Origin: Conidiobolus incongruus B7586
Taxonomy: Eukaryota
Length of the DNA: 52,611 bases
Direction of reading: 5' to 3'
Assembly (NCBI GenBank): GCA_000697335.1
Contig: JNEM01007424.1
Location: forward strand, 1 to 52,611
Shown piece after piece: positions 38,616-51,967 of the stretch (positions within the stretch are counted from its first letter, which is position 1; every line of letters starts with the position of its first letter). The position numbers were made by a program, and so were the translations under genes. The notes under the pieces were generated by a model that was not told the origin of the DNA, did not search any database, and saw only the letters and a program-made list of their open reading frames with translations.

Positions 38616-41600
38616 ATGAGTGGAAAATCTTTAGAACCTGTTGAAAAAGAGGAACCAACTACTGAATCGGCACCTATTTCATTCCTAAAACTGTATTCAT
38701 TCGCTACAATTTGGGATATTTTAGCATTGACTATCGCTTCGATCTTTGCAGCTGCAGCTGGTGCTTCACTACCTCTGATGGCGGTACTACTAGGAAAAGT
38801 AGTGAATTCGCTAGCTGCATTCTCCTCAGATTCGTCACCTGCCGACGTTTTTCGAAATCAGATCAATCAAGCTTCATTATATTTTTTGTATTTGGCTGCG
38901 GGTGTATTCGTCACTAATTATGTTTATACTTCTGTTTATAAGGCAATTGGAGAAAAGTTAACATATATATTTCGCCATAAATACTTGGTCGGAGTTTTGA
39001 AACAAGAAATCGCTTGGTCCGACGAATATGGTACAGGCAAAGTTGCTACTAATATCACTACGAGTTGTGATTTGGTTCAGGATGGCATTTCGGACAAGGT
39101 AGGAGGTTTAATCTATGATTTTGCAACCTTCGTATCTGGCTTTGTTATAGCTTTCACTAGAAACTGGAAGCTAACTCTGGTTATCCTATGTATTTTACCT
39201 TGTATCATGATAATAGGATATATTATTAATTTTTACGTTGCCAAATATGTCACCAAATCCATCTCCGAATACGAAAAAGCAGCCAATTTGGCCGAAGAGA
39301 GTTTATCGAGCATTAAAACTGTCACAGCTTTCAACCGAAAGGATCAAATGCTCAAGAAATACAAAGAAATTGTTGAGAATGCCCGTAAATTTGGTATTAA
39401 AAAGAGTTTTGGAGTCGGTTTCTCTTTAGGTGTAATGTTTATGATCGTTTATTGTGGTTACTCGTTGTGCTTTTACTATGGTGGTAAATTAGCATCTCAA
39501 GGTAGCATCAATTCTGGAGATATCGTTCAAGTATTTTTCGCAGTGATGATGGGTTCTTTTTCTTTGTCTAATGTTGCACCAAAGTTTCAAGCTATTGCCC
39601 TAGCCCAAAGTGCAGCAACAAAGTTGTTCCAGGCAATTGATAGAGTCCCGGTAATTGATGCATTCTCCGATGAAGGCATCAAGTTGGATAAAATTAAAGG
39701 AAATATCAAATTTGATCATGTGGATTTTCATTACCCAACTCGTCCTGATGTTCCTATATACAAGGATTTCAATTTGACAGTTGAAGCAGGCACCACAGTT
39801 GCATTGGTTGGATTAAGTGGCTCAGGTAAATCTACTGCTGTTCAACTTCTCGAAAGATTTTATGATCCAGTATCTGGTGAAATTTCGCTTGATGGTCATA
39901 ACACAAAAACGTTGAATATCAAATGGTTACGTAGACAGATTGGACTTGTCTCTCAAGAACCTATACTATTCTCTGGAACTATTCACTCTAATGTTGCAGC
40001 TGGATTAATTGGAACCAGTTTAGAGAATGCATCAATTGAAGAACAGAGAGCTGCGATTGAGTCAGCCTGTAAGCTTTCCAACGCTCACCATTTCATCACT
40101 TCTCTTCCTAACGGTTACGAGACTCAAGTTGGTCAGAAAGGGTTTTTGTTATCAGGTGGACAAAAGCAACGAATTGCTATTGCAAGAGCTATTGTCAAGG
40201 ATCCCAAAATCCTTCTACTTGATGAAGCCACCAGTGCTTTAGATTCCAAGTCTGAACATATAGTCCAGGATGCTTTGGATAAGGCGAGTAAAGGAAGGAC
40301 AACTCTCGTAATTGCCCATCGTCTCGCAACCATTAAAAATGCCGATAAAATCGTAGTTATGGATAGGGGCCACATTATTGAAAGTGGAACTCATTACGAA
40401 TTAATACAGATTGAAGATGGTATTTATCGCAAGCTTGTTGAAATTCAAAATATTAAACAAGAAAAAAAGCAGTCCAAGGAATTGAAACCTGATTATGAAT
40501 TCGCGGTTTCAGGATCACAGAACGAGATAGAAATTAAGGAGACACTATTAGAAGACGATGGCAAAATGAAAATTGTCAAAGTTCCAACTAAGAAATCTCT
40601 TACCGAAAAAAATATTATCTATTCATCGAGCTCAACTAAAGATGATGAGGAGAGTAGTCGGGAGATATCTACCAAATTCACTACGTTCCAACTAATTGGT
40701 AAGGTTGCCAAATTGAATCGAACGGAGTGGAAAGAATTGGCATTCGGAACCATAGGAGCTTTTATACAAGGATCCGTTACGCCGATATTTGCGATTGTAT
40801 TTTCGAATGTATTGGAAGCATTCAATGCCACAGGAGCGGAACTCATCAAACGGGTCAATTTTTGGTCATTGATGTTCTTAGTAGGTGCAATTGTTATTGG
40901 TGTTGCAAATTTACTGCAATCTGCAGGGTTTTCAATTGCTGCTGAAATGTTAAGTACCAAATTACGATACATTTTATTAGAAGCTATATTCAGGCAGGAG
41001 ATCGGATGGTTTGATAGAGAAGAGAATACGACTGGTATTTTAACCTCAAGACTTTCTAAAGAACCGCAAGATATTCAAGGCTTGAGTGGACTCACTATTG
41101 GAAATATCCTTCAGACTGCCATCAACCTGATTTTAAGTTGTGTAGTAGGATTGATTTATGGGTGGAAATTAGGGTTGGTAGTGATTGCTTGTTTACCTAT
41201 CGTCATATTTTCCGGATATATTAATTTTAAAACGCTCTATTCTAATGATGAAAAAAAGGGTGATCGCTATGCAAAATCCTCTGAAATGGCATGTGAAGCA
41301 ATTGGAGCAATGAGAACGGTAGCCTCCCTTACGAAAGAACAGCAAGTAATAGATGACTATGTTAATCAACTATTAATATCCCTTAATGCTGGTTACAAAA
41401 ATGCTATATTTGCGACGATTTCCTTCTCTGCTGCGCAGGCAGTGACATTTCTAGTTAATGCTTTGGCCTTCTGGTACGGTGGAGGTTTGGTCAGCACAGG
41501 AGAATACACTATGATGCAGCTATTCACTGTTTTTATGGCTGTTATCATGGGAGCTGGAAATATATCCAGTGTCTTTGTTTTGACTCCTAATTTGACAAAA

Positions 41601-42461
41601 GCTAAGAAATCTGCTAATTCCCTATTCGACAACATACAAAGAGTCCCTTTGATTGATCAATCAGCTGAGTCGACTGGTAAAAAAGTTGATGAAACCAATG
41701 GATTAGAAGGTTATATTTCATTTGAAAATGTTCACTTCAGTTATCCTACCCGACCTAACGCCAAAATCCTTAAGGGTCTCAATATTAATGTCAAGCCAGG
41801 AGAATACATCGCTTTAGTTGGACCCAGCGGGTGTGGTAAAAGTACCACAATAGGTTTAATTGAAAGGTTTTATGATGTAACTTCTGGTACAATTAAGATC
41901 GATGGAGTGGATGTAAGAGATTATAATCTTCCATCATTGAGAGATTATATTTCGCTGGTTGGTCAAGAACCTTCATTATTCAATATGACAATCAGAGAAA
42001 ACATTGCTTTTGGTGCTAAAGCTTTTGGTCCTCCTCCAACTCAAGAACAAATTGAACAAGCTGCTAAAGATGCAAATATTCATGACTTTATCATGTCTCT
42101 ACCTAGGGGATATGATACCAATGTCGGTGGTAAAGGATCAGAATTATCAGGAGGCCAAAAGCAGCGTATTGCAATTGCCAGGGCTTTGGTGCGTAATCCA
42201 AAGATCCTTTTGTTAGATGAAGCTAGCTCTGCACTCGACGCTGAAAGTGAAATGGTCGTTCAGAAAGCTTTGGATCAAGCTTCTAAGGGAAGAACTACAA
42301 TCTCTATTGCTCATCGTTTATCTACTATCCAACATTCTGATAGAATCTACGTAATTCGAGATGGTCAAGTAATTGAGAGCGGAACACATCAAGAACTCTT
42401 AAATTTTAATGGACTGTATGCAGAAATGGCAAGTCAACAAGTTCTGGACAAATCCAAATAA
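38616..42461 (+). CDS. ABCB/MDR full-size ABC transporter, intronless, paralog 2
   Basis: 1281-aa ORF colinear with and highly similar to 18820-22677. Both NBDs have intact Walker A, signature and Walker B motifs. Confidence 0.96.
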   Translation: MSGKSLEPVEKEEPTTESAPISFLKLYSFATIWDILALTIASIFAAAAGASLPLMAVLLGKVVNSLAAFSSDSSPADVFRNQINQASLYFLYLAAGVFVTNYVYTSVYKAIGEKLTYIFRHKYLVGVLKQEIAWSDEYGTGKVATNITTSCDLVQDGISDKVGGLIYDFATFVSGFVIAFTRNWKLTLVILCILPCIMIIGYIINFYVAKYVTKSISEYEKAANLAEESLSSIKTVTAFNRKDQMLKKYKEIVENARKFGIKKSFGVGFSLGVMFMIVYCGYSLCFYYGGKLASQGSINSGDIVQVFFAVMMGSFSLSNVAPKFQAIALAQSAATKLFQAIDRVPVIDAFSDEGIKLDKIKGNIKFDHVDFHYPTRPDVPIYKDFNLTVEAGTTVALVGLSGSGKSTAVQLLERFYDPVSGEISLDGHNTKTLNIKWLRRQIGLVSQEPILFSGTIHSNVAAGLIGTSLENASIEEQRAAIESACKLSNAHHFITSLPNGYETQVGQKGFLLSGGQKQRIAIARAIVKDPKILLLDEATSALDSKSEHIVQDALDKASKGRTTLVIAHRLATIKNADKIVVMDRGHIIESGTHYELIQIEDGIYRKLVEIQNIKQEKKQSKELKPDYEFAVSGSQNEIEIKETLLEDDGKMKIVKVPTKKSLTEKNIIYSSSSTKDDEESSREISTKFTTFQLIGKVAKLNRTEWKELAFGTIGAFIQGSVTPIFAIVFSNVLEAFNATGAELIKRVNFWSLMFLVGAIVIGVANLLQSAGFSIAAEMLSTKLRYILLEAIFRQEIGWFDREENTTGILTSRLSKEPQDIQGLSGLTIGNILQTAINLILSCVVGLIYGWKLGLVVIACLPIVIFSGYINFKTLYSNDEKKGDRYAKSSEMACEAIGAMRTVASLTKEQQVIDDYVNQLLISLNAGYKNAIFATISFSAAQAVTFLVNALAFWYGGGLVSTGEYTMMQLFTVFMAVIMGAGNISSVFVLTPNLTKAKKSANSLFDNIQRVPLIDQSAESTGKKVDETNGLEGYISFENVHFSYPTRPNAKILKGLNINVKPGEYIALVGPSGCGKSTTIGLIERFYDVTSGTIKIDGVDVRDYNLPSLRDYISLVGQEPSLFNMTIRENIAFGAKAFGPPPTQEQIEQAAKDANIHDFIMSLPRGYDTNVGGKGSELSGGQKQRIAIARALVRNPKILLLDEASSALDAESEMVVQKALDQASKGRTTISIAHRLSTIQHSDRIYVIRDGQVIESGTHQELLNFNGLYAEMASQQVLDKSK

Positions 42462-43899
42462 TTTTTGATAATAATTTTTTTTGAATATTTTTGCTACTAT
42501 TTATTAATTTTAATAAATTTTCGAAATTATTTATAATTAAAGTAATTTTATTTTATAATTACTACTATATAATATACAATTGCTCATATGTTAATTTGAT
42601 TTGATATTAAAAGTTAATTTTATTCAATAAAATTATAAAAATATCAAAGTAGCAAATTGAAAATGATAATAAAAAGGACATAAGCTAGTATTATCTGTAA
42701 AACATAAATTTTATTTCAAATCTTACAAATTTAAAAAATAGTTTCTCAAAATAAAAACTCCTAAAACAAACAATATATTTATTTTCGGTAGATTGAATTT
42801 TTAAATTTAAATTTGTTTGTTATTAAGAAAAATATGCTGCTTCTGTCAAATATTTAACTTATAATATTAGTTAAGCAAATTCATAAAATTTAAATTACTT
42901 TGAACAAAATAGTTTATTCCCACATTTCAAGAAGATATTTTCAATAGATATCAAATCAATATATATTTATAGTATTTTTGCTGCAGTTTGATATTAATAT
43001 ATATATATATATATAACTATTTTAAGTTATTTCTAAATCAGCGGATCTGATAAAAATATATCGTACACTTAAATATTTGGATGATTGTTGATTTGTAAAA
43101 AATGGCTTTTCTCAGCTACAAAATGATTTTATCTACATATTTGATATGTTTTGAAGCTTTAATCTAAAAATTAGATTAACCTATAATATATTATGACATG
43201 GTAATCCTTTAGTTACAAATTTAATATTTCAGTTGCAATACGCATAAACCTGTAACTTGCTATTAGTATGAAAAAAGCAAAAAAAATTATCTCATTTTCC
43301 ACTGAAACTTAAATTCACTGTTTTTATTGATACTGGACAAAATTAATTATTAAATATCTTATATTTATCTATTGAATTGCACAGATAGTTAAAAACTAAT
43401 TATAATATATAGAATATAATATAACAAAAAGGTATAAAATAGGTAAGAATAAGTAATAGGGTTAGCAATAGAATTATTTTTTTGGTGCTTTGAATTTATC
43501 AAAATTTTTCACACTAATTCTGTTAACTAGAATCACAATCGAACAATAAAAATGTATGAATTTTTCTAGGTGCCAGATTAAGAGTTAATTAATTTTCTAT
43601 AAACTGTCAGAACAAGTTGCTAATATTTGTATTTAGTCATGAGAAAATTAACGTACATTTTGGTATATAAATAGATATAAATCCCCTTAATAAATTAACT
43701 ATTATATTTAGGTGATTGGACTTGTAATTCATATTTCAATAGGAAAAGTGGGATAAATGACTAACTTAGTGCTTTTGTTATATATTTTGTCTATCAAATT
43801 ATTAGTTATAATCAGAATCAATTTTAATACCAAAAAAGCTCAAATAATACATCTGAGATAGATTCTCCTGTGAATACCTTCAATACTCATTATAAATGA

Positions 43900-45230
43900 T
43901 ACATTTGGAGGCGGTGGTAGAATTTACAACTAGTTTATGGCCATAGCGATTATGATTTTTATTACTATGATAATTACAAGCTTATTCAATGATATAATCT
44001 TGAATCCATTGAACCCCAAATGGATTATGTTTTTGTCGAAATTGGGTTATACACACTATACTTTAACTTATATATTATATTGGATTACGCTCAAGCTGGT
44101 TGACCAAATTACCTCGAAAGTTTTTGGGAATTTTTAATAGTTGTCTATGGTCTTATCAAGGTGTGATAATGACGTCATATGCGACAGAGCAGAAGGGAAT
44201 ATTCTTTTGATTATTTTAGAATATTGTCAATTTGGGTCCTGCTACAAGTTATTTTTCACTCTTTGGTCATACTTACAACAATACAGATACGATCTCAATA
44301 GGCATTGAAGCCTACTTCGCCATTATAACGGTGAGGTAAACTGAAAGGTTAATCAGCTTTCTTCTCGTGCTCATGGATAAATTGTGCAAACTGGATGGTT
44401 GCATATATTGAAATTGAGAAAGGTCTGATTTATTAAGAGATATATCCAAATCTTTAAACTTCTCTTCTACTAAAGAACGCTTGTATTGCTCTCAATGTTC
44501 TTATCATCTAATTGTTTCCGTACTTGTCAATTCAACGCTGCTAATACCACCATATTTAACCATCATACTAATTTTTTTAATTTTTCTATTTTATGGATAG
44601 CTAACATTGTTGAAGATACATTGTTTGGTAAGTTATTAGACTCACAATGATGGAATCATCATACTTGCGCTAATTATGCTATCGCCCTAGTGTATATCTT
44701 ACTTACATTCACTTGTATAGGTGACTATCCCGTCCAGAAATCATGTAAACATCACTATGATTTACAGACTCCTGTTCTTAAGGAAACTGATCCTTACAAA
44801 TATATTAGGATGAATGATGCTGATTTCAGTCCAGGTATCGATTTGTTTCAATCCTATATGTATATTAAACCTATTCACCTTATTTTCTTTTACTGTTTCA
44901 TGGATGCAACAATTCAAATCCTCGCATATTGATTCCTAGAAGCACTCTTCAACGATATCAAATACTTAGTCATCTACAATGGTTCTGATAAAAGTATCCA
45001 ATCCACCGGTAGCTTCCTCGCCTCACGCATATTTCGAACTTCATCCTCTTACATGGCTTAGTTGGTTATCCGCTGTGTTCTCATCGAAGTTTTGGTAACT
45101 CTAGCCTTCTTTGTTGTTCGCAGTATAACTGAAACAAGATGACAGATCCCGATTTTGAAGTTCAAAGGTTCGAGAAGGCAGATATTCGAGCTTGATTCTA
45201 ATGTTTTAAACCAAGGTACTTGAAGATATG
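43900..45230 (+). pseudogene. Possible decayed serine carboxypeptidase (S10)-like gene
   Basis: Coding-like GC content with broken frames. Weak motif echoes only: QAG*P, YLVIYNGSD (cf. VL.Y.G..D), LAFFVV. Boundaries approximate. Confidence 0.3.
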
Positions 45231-46014
45231 ATAGTTTATATTTATTAACAATTATATGTCGAATAGCATAAGTGTACAAACTCTTTTATACTAGATGTAT
45301 TGAAAAATATTAATTATTCAGATAAAATTTATTTTTTTTATAATATTATGAATTTTATATGGAAAAATTTTTATCATTTTTATTTTAATATTTAACTCCA
45401 CAAATTATATATTTGAAAATAGATATTTCAACTAATTTCATAAAATTTAAACATTTACAAAATTATATATTAAATTTTGAAATAATGAAATAAATATCGA
45501 ACAAAGAATATATATATATATTGAAGTTTAACTTAAAACTTAATATTATAATTCAATCTCATAAATAATGTTCAAAAATAATAATTTTTAATAAATATCT
45601 TAATATGAAATTTTAGAGTTTAATTATTGTTATAAAAATTAAAATATAATGTTATGGAATAAGTCTTGAGATTCAAAAACCAATATTTCATATATCATTA
45701 TTTATATAATCAATAAAAATTTATTATGTAACATATTTAACAAAATTAAAATTATGAATATAAAAAATTTAAATTGGATATATTTCATTATCTTGTCTTG
45801 TCAAAAGAATTTAAAAATTGTTGCATTTTATAGTTAACAAAAATTGACTTAAAAATTTGATTACTTTATATTAACCAAATTTTTATTTTATATTTAAATT
45901 TAATAAATATGCTTTTTATATGATATTATACCAATCTAATCCATATCGGGATTAGATGCCAATTAAGTTGAAAGCTTATCAAAACTTGAAATGTTATTAC
46001 AAAAAAATAAAATA

Positions 46015-48242
46015 TTATTTGGAGAATTTGGGATCTCGATCACGTAGCCATTTATCGATCAAATCTTTGAACTGGGAGAACGTGAAGGGTTTGCCAATGA
46101 AATCATCCATCCCAATCTCTTTGTAGTACTCCAAATCGCTCGGTAGTGCGTTGGCGCTAACGCCGATGATGGTTTGGGATCGATCTTTCATTTTGATCAG
46201 TTTGCAGCATTCGTCGCCATCCATTACTGGCATGAGATGGTCGAGGAGTATAAGATCAAAGTATTGGCTGGGGTGGTCGTTATACTTGTCGAGTGCTAGC
46301 TCTCCATTGTCCACAATCACAAAATCCACGTAGGGGATCTTTTTCAGGTACTTGGTGATGATTTTTTGGTTGATTTTGTTGTCTTCTGCTATCAGAAGTC
46401 TATATTTTGGTACTACTGTAGAGGTTAAACTGGACTGCACTGGCGAATCTCTCCCATTTGTCGACGTTTTGGCAATTTTGCGAGGCTGTTCGTCGTAATC
46501 TGATGGCCTTTCAAATTCGTTGCCGTTTTTCGATGGTACAGCTGGTATACTACTGGACATTGACTCTGGCGAATTGTTGGCAAATTTATTGGATTCAAAA
46601 TCTGTTACCACTCCAGATTCGGAATCCGTTTCGCAGATTTGACAGATGTGTGAGTAGTAAATGTTTTTGAGGGGGAAGTTCACTGATTTGGACTCGGCCA
46701 TTTCTTCCTCCGACGTAATTTCTTGGGCGATGGGTAAAGTCACTTTGAACCAGCAGTTGGTGCCTTGACCCATTTGACTATTGATGCCGATGCTTCCCTG
46801 CATCAAGCCAATTAGAGATTTGCAAATACATAGTCCTAAACCACTTCCAACGAATTGTGACCGCGTATTGTGTGCTTGTGTCCATGGACTAAACAAATTT
46901 GGAATAGTTTCGGGAGGAATACCAATACCAGTATCTTCCACGCTAGCCTCAATTTCAATCTGACTATTTGCCTCGTCGATTTGATAATTACATGTGATTG
47001 TGATCGAACCCTCTTTAGTAAATTTCACCGCATTTGATGTGAGATTCACCAATATTTGCAACAGACGCCCGGAATCACCAATAATCTTACGAGGGAAATC
47101 AGGTTTGTGAATAATCATTTTGATACCTTTATTCTCTACTTGAGTTTTAAACATTGCTTCAATATCGTTAAATAGATCGCATAATGTAAAAGGCTCAGGA
47201 TTTAGACTCAATTTTTCAGATTCGATCTTGGAAAAGTCTAAAATATCTTGAATGACAATTAACTAAATAAAATTATAATTAATTGAAATGAATTGGTGAT
47301 AAATAGAAAATCAAAATACCAATAGTTGAGCAGATCGATTGATATTAAATAAATTTTCTTTTTGTTCGGCATTTAGTGGAGAATCCATTAATAAAGAAGC
47401 TGATCCAATAATACCAAATAACTATATAAAAATTATAAAAATTAAAAAAATTAGTGAATGTAATTTGTAGAATAAAGCAATTATTTAACAATCAATACTG
47501 AAAAATTATGCAAGAAATAAATAAAGTGGACTTACCGGTGTTCTTATTTCATGACTCATTACTGATAAAAAATTAGATTTTAATTTATTCAATTCACGTT
47601 CGTCTTGCAAATCTTGGATATCTAATAAAAAGGCAAGATTAGTATGTCACATATCGTAGTACAAAAATCGAAATTACCTGTGCAGGTTCCGATCCAATTG
47701 ATGATACTCGTCTTGCTCTGATCCCAAATGGGCCATACGTTTACAGCATATTGACGATATGGATTATCTTCCTCCTTTTTGACTTTAGAGGGATGGTATC
47801 GCATGCGAAGACTAAAATTTTTTAGGGGGACTCCTTTCTTTGGGAATGTGAGTCATAATCAATATAAATCAATAATAGGAATAACTTACTGTGAAGGATT
47901 CTTTCCAAGCTTTTAAATACAGTCCCAAATCTTGAGGATGACAGCATTCCTGCTCAAAAGTTAGTACTGAATTAGCTAAAATAATAAAAATCACTTACTG
48001 TCCAATTTTCGTCTCCGAAAACTCCGGTGACCTGTTTATATATGTTATTAACGTAACAGGTATTTCCTAAACTATCTGTAGCAAACAAACAACATGGAAT
48101 CGCATCCATCAATGCTGTAGCTCTGTGCAGCACTTGATAAATATCTAAAGGAGTAGTCTGGTTGGGATGAACACCAAACAATACTCTATTTGTCTGGGAG
48201 TAGTAAGCGAATTTGTCATTATCATTTTTAACTGTTTTGTTA

Positions 48243-48307
<65 letters not shown>

Positions 48308-48697
48308 TAAATTAAATTTCAAATTCGGTTCTTGCTCCCAAAACCTATTGTCAATAAAAGATACACTGTAGTATAACTCGTTGAACCATTTCCAACTCTT
48401 CACCTTGACAAATCCCAATTTGATATTTTGATCCAAATGATATTTCACATAGGTAACACTTTCGATTTTACTCTCTTTCTCTTCCATTTCGTTAGAACCT
48501 TCCAACTTGGTAGAAATAAAATGATTTTCAATGAATAAATCTAAGTTTTGGGACAGAATTTGGTCTTTGTGAGTATACCCCAACGATCTCGTCAATCCAA
48601 TGTTACAATTAATAATTTTTTGATACTTTTCGGAGCATACAAATATAGGACAATCTATGGAAGAACATATTACTTCCGTTAACTCGTTGATATCCAT
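46015..48697 (-). CDS. Hybrid sensor histidine kinase (PAS-like, HisKA, HATPase, receiver), multi-exon
   Basis: H-box FLSVMSHEIRTP, DILDFSKIES, GDSGRLLQILVNLTSNAVKFT, VEDTGIGI, GSGLGLCICKSL. Receiver LIAEDNKINQ, LILLDHLMPVMDG, VSAN, FIGKPF. PAS-like YVN and HPQD segments. First ATG at 48697; several short introns between 47998 and about 47260. Confidence 0.92.
48239..48307 (-). repeat. (AAT)n microsatellite encoding a 23-residue poly-Asn tract in the histidine kinase
   Basis: Visible (TTA)n run on the + strand, in frame within ORF 47972..48724. Confidence 0.95.
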
Positions 48698-51600
48698 ATT
48701 TTTTTTATTGTTATATAATCCCAATTTATTAAATTAGTTTTTTAAACTATTATATTTTTATCAAAATAGTGATAACTTGTTGTTATAAATATTATTATTT
48801 TTTTTAGAAAACTATTAGTTAAATAAATAATAAAAAATTAAAATTGATTAAATATTATTAGAAAGAAATAAAGAGAAATAAAACTCTATCTATCATACTA
48901 TAAAATTTTTAATGCTTTAATTCTTTTTACTAATATGCATTAATGATCTTGGAGCAATGAATTTTTATTAACTATTAATTATTGAAGATTAATAAGGGAT
49001 TGATTGGTACAAATTGGTGTGAGTGTCTTGTTCTCATATTCCTTTGATTTTAAAATCATCCAATAAAATATCTGGAATGAACACCTGGTTTTGGGAGTGA
49101 CACTTTAAATCGTTGGATAGTTATGAGCTATTTCCCAATTTGGAAGTGATAAGTAACTTCATCCGAGTGATTTGAGGAAATTGCTGATAGGATTATAGTT
49201 TGATTTGATTAGTTTTTTAATTATCTAAATTGGGGATTGATATGTGTTTGCATTGTTAAAAACCAAAATGATAATTTATTTGTTTGTTGGGTCTGTTTAT
49301 TTATTATTGCTGGATAAATATATAAATATCAATAATAATCATTTTATTTTTATAATATCAACTCCATGATTTTTGAAATCAATTTTGTAGTTGAATGTGA
49401 ATCCATACGATTTTCTATTATAATCATATGAATGCTCAAATATTTTGCCTAAATTTTTTATGCATTTGATCAATCTATCAATATATTTCTCTAATGAATA
49501 TGATTTGAAAATTATGAGACTATTTGATTCTTAAAATAAATATTTTATTGGGCATTTACTAAATTTTGAAAAATAATGTTTTTAATATATATTGATTCTA
49601 AATTACTGCCGAATTTTTTTAAAATACATGTATTGCATTATACTATTCAAATAACTTTAAAATAATATTGATGCCTCTCATGTGTTAATAATCTTCGCCG
49701 CAAAACAAAGCAAAATTATAATAACAAAACATAGTGATTTTATATAGAGACTTAATTTGTAGTATAATAAATATATTGGGGTAACTTTGCTACTAGTTTT
49801 CACCATAAAATTAAGAAGTTATTTGGAAATTTTCGTTGTTTATAATCTTTGAAACCTGAGATTTTTTTTTCAAATTAAGGAGTATTAATTAAAATAATAT
49901 TGATATTTTAGTCAACAAATATTTGTGATTTATAAAATATAGATACACTATTAAGATTTTGAAAAATTATCATCTATTTCTCCAATTAACAGTTTTATAC
50001 ATAAATAATCCCAAATATATTATTGATTTTGACATTAGTTGTACTCGGTAATTTTTTACTTTTCGATCAATTTTCAGAATTTGATGTTCCTGTTGTGAAT
50101 TTTGTTCTTAAAATATTGTTAAAATTTAGAAAAATATTAGATTTTTGTTCAACCAATAAAAATAGCTTTTCAAAAGTATATCACCAAATAAATTTTTGAT
50201 ATAATATTAAATGTTTTTTTATTAGGTTATATGAATGGATTAATGAACACACTAAAATTAAAATAGTGAAATTAAGTTGGCATTGATTAATCCAACTAAA
50301 TTGTTTAATAAGTATGTATATTTCCGACTATTCTATTTGGCTAAATTAATTAGCAGTTACAATTGATATATATTTATTAATATTTAATGCAATATTATAT
50401 AAAGGTATAATTCGCACTCATAATTTTTTAATGAATTGGTTTGTCAATTAATTTAAATGAATGTTTATTGTTTATTTGTTACAAGTATTAATTTTAATTC
50501 AACTTGGGATATAGTAGAATATGCATCTATAAGTTAATTGTGGAATTTTATATTGTTTTTTGATTATAGTAAACGGTGCAAGAGTACTATATTTTACAGC
50601 TTTCAAAATTATTCATTCATTAATTATTTATATGATTTATAAATAATAAAATATCAAAACTGATCTTATAGTAGATTTAAATTGTTAAGTATATCAAACT
50701 TGAATAACTTAAAGTTCTAATTAATATTGATTTATTTATTCATTCATCTATCTTTTATACCTCATTATTATAACAAATTAAACTAAAAAAATTGAATATA
50801 TCTCACCATGATTCAAAAATGATCATTGCTCTTGTCACAATCCTAAATTAGCATCATATATCTTTGTATTCACACCTAAAATTCCTTTAGAATGTGCAGA
50901 GTTGCACAATTCTCCTAATACTCCTATAGCACATAAAGCACTCTCTTCCACTATTCATCCTAACATCACCTTATTCTATTCCCTATCATCTACCACCAAT
51001 TCCTAATAAACTGTCTACATCCTAAACCTTCTTAAAATGATTCATAATCTAGCATTAATACCAATTCATCAACGACCATCCGAGCCGACACTTGCACAGC
51101 TAGTCGTTGTTCAAGTTGTCGAGTATTTGCCCATGGTCGTCAGCAATTTACTTCAGATCATTATAGCCTGGATGTTCCAATACGCCATCAATGATCTATT
51201 TCCGTATTTGCTAACTGCAGTAGTTTTCGTCTATAATCAAACCACTTCAATTTCACCCAACCTTATTACAAACATTTTCAACTAATATTTAAAATGTAAA
51301 ATTTTCTTATTAAAATCTGACTTTAAAACATCCAATTATGAAATCAATAATTAACATTCAAATCAATATTTTCCTTATAAGGTTGATTAAATTTCAAATA
51401 GTGTACCAAATTATAGCATTATTATTATTATTATTCATTCACAATATATTCTTGATTTAAATTTTTATTATAAATAGAAAAATTGAAGTATTTTTGCTTG
51501 GATAATATGCTTCCTTTCCTAGTTAGTTAATTTTATTCAATTCTTTTTTCAAATAATCTATCATAATCCAAATTTACATATAAAACCTAAAAAAAATTAG

Positions 51601-51967
51601 ATTTAGTGTGAATCAAAAGATATATAACATGTACTTATATCTTATTTATACCTCTATTAGTATATGTTAAACGAAAATAAAAAATTCTGTTCATTCTTCA
51701 TCACTACATTTAACAATAATGGCCAATGAAAATAAATTATTTTAATCAAATTAAATCAATATTATGAAATAGAAATATACCAATTAATCCTGTCAGCTTT
51801 ATTAAGCCTGTAGTTCAATTAAATTTAATATGGTTATATAAAAAATATAAATATCATTATTACATATTTTAAATAGTTATTAAATACTCTAAAATATTGA
51901 TTTCAATGATTCAAAGTTTTGAATAATATAAAATGAATTTATTCAAATTTATTAATATATTGATATA

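Noticed and set aside
466..47804. Many short ORFs overlapping the chitin synthase, ATG2, ABCB, YEATS and kinase genes
   Set aside because: Antisense or off-frame shadows of real coding regions. Similar ORFs recurring at both ABCB genes simply reflect paralogy.
50800..51290. ORF 51037..51285 and surrounding GC-richer patch
   Set aside because: No recognisable homology in the frames read. It may be a gene relic but I cannot support a call.
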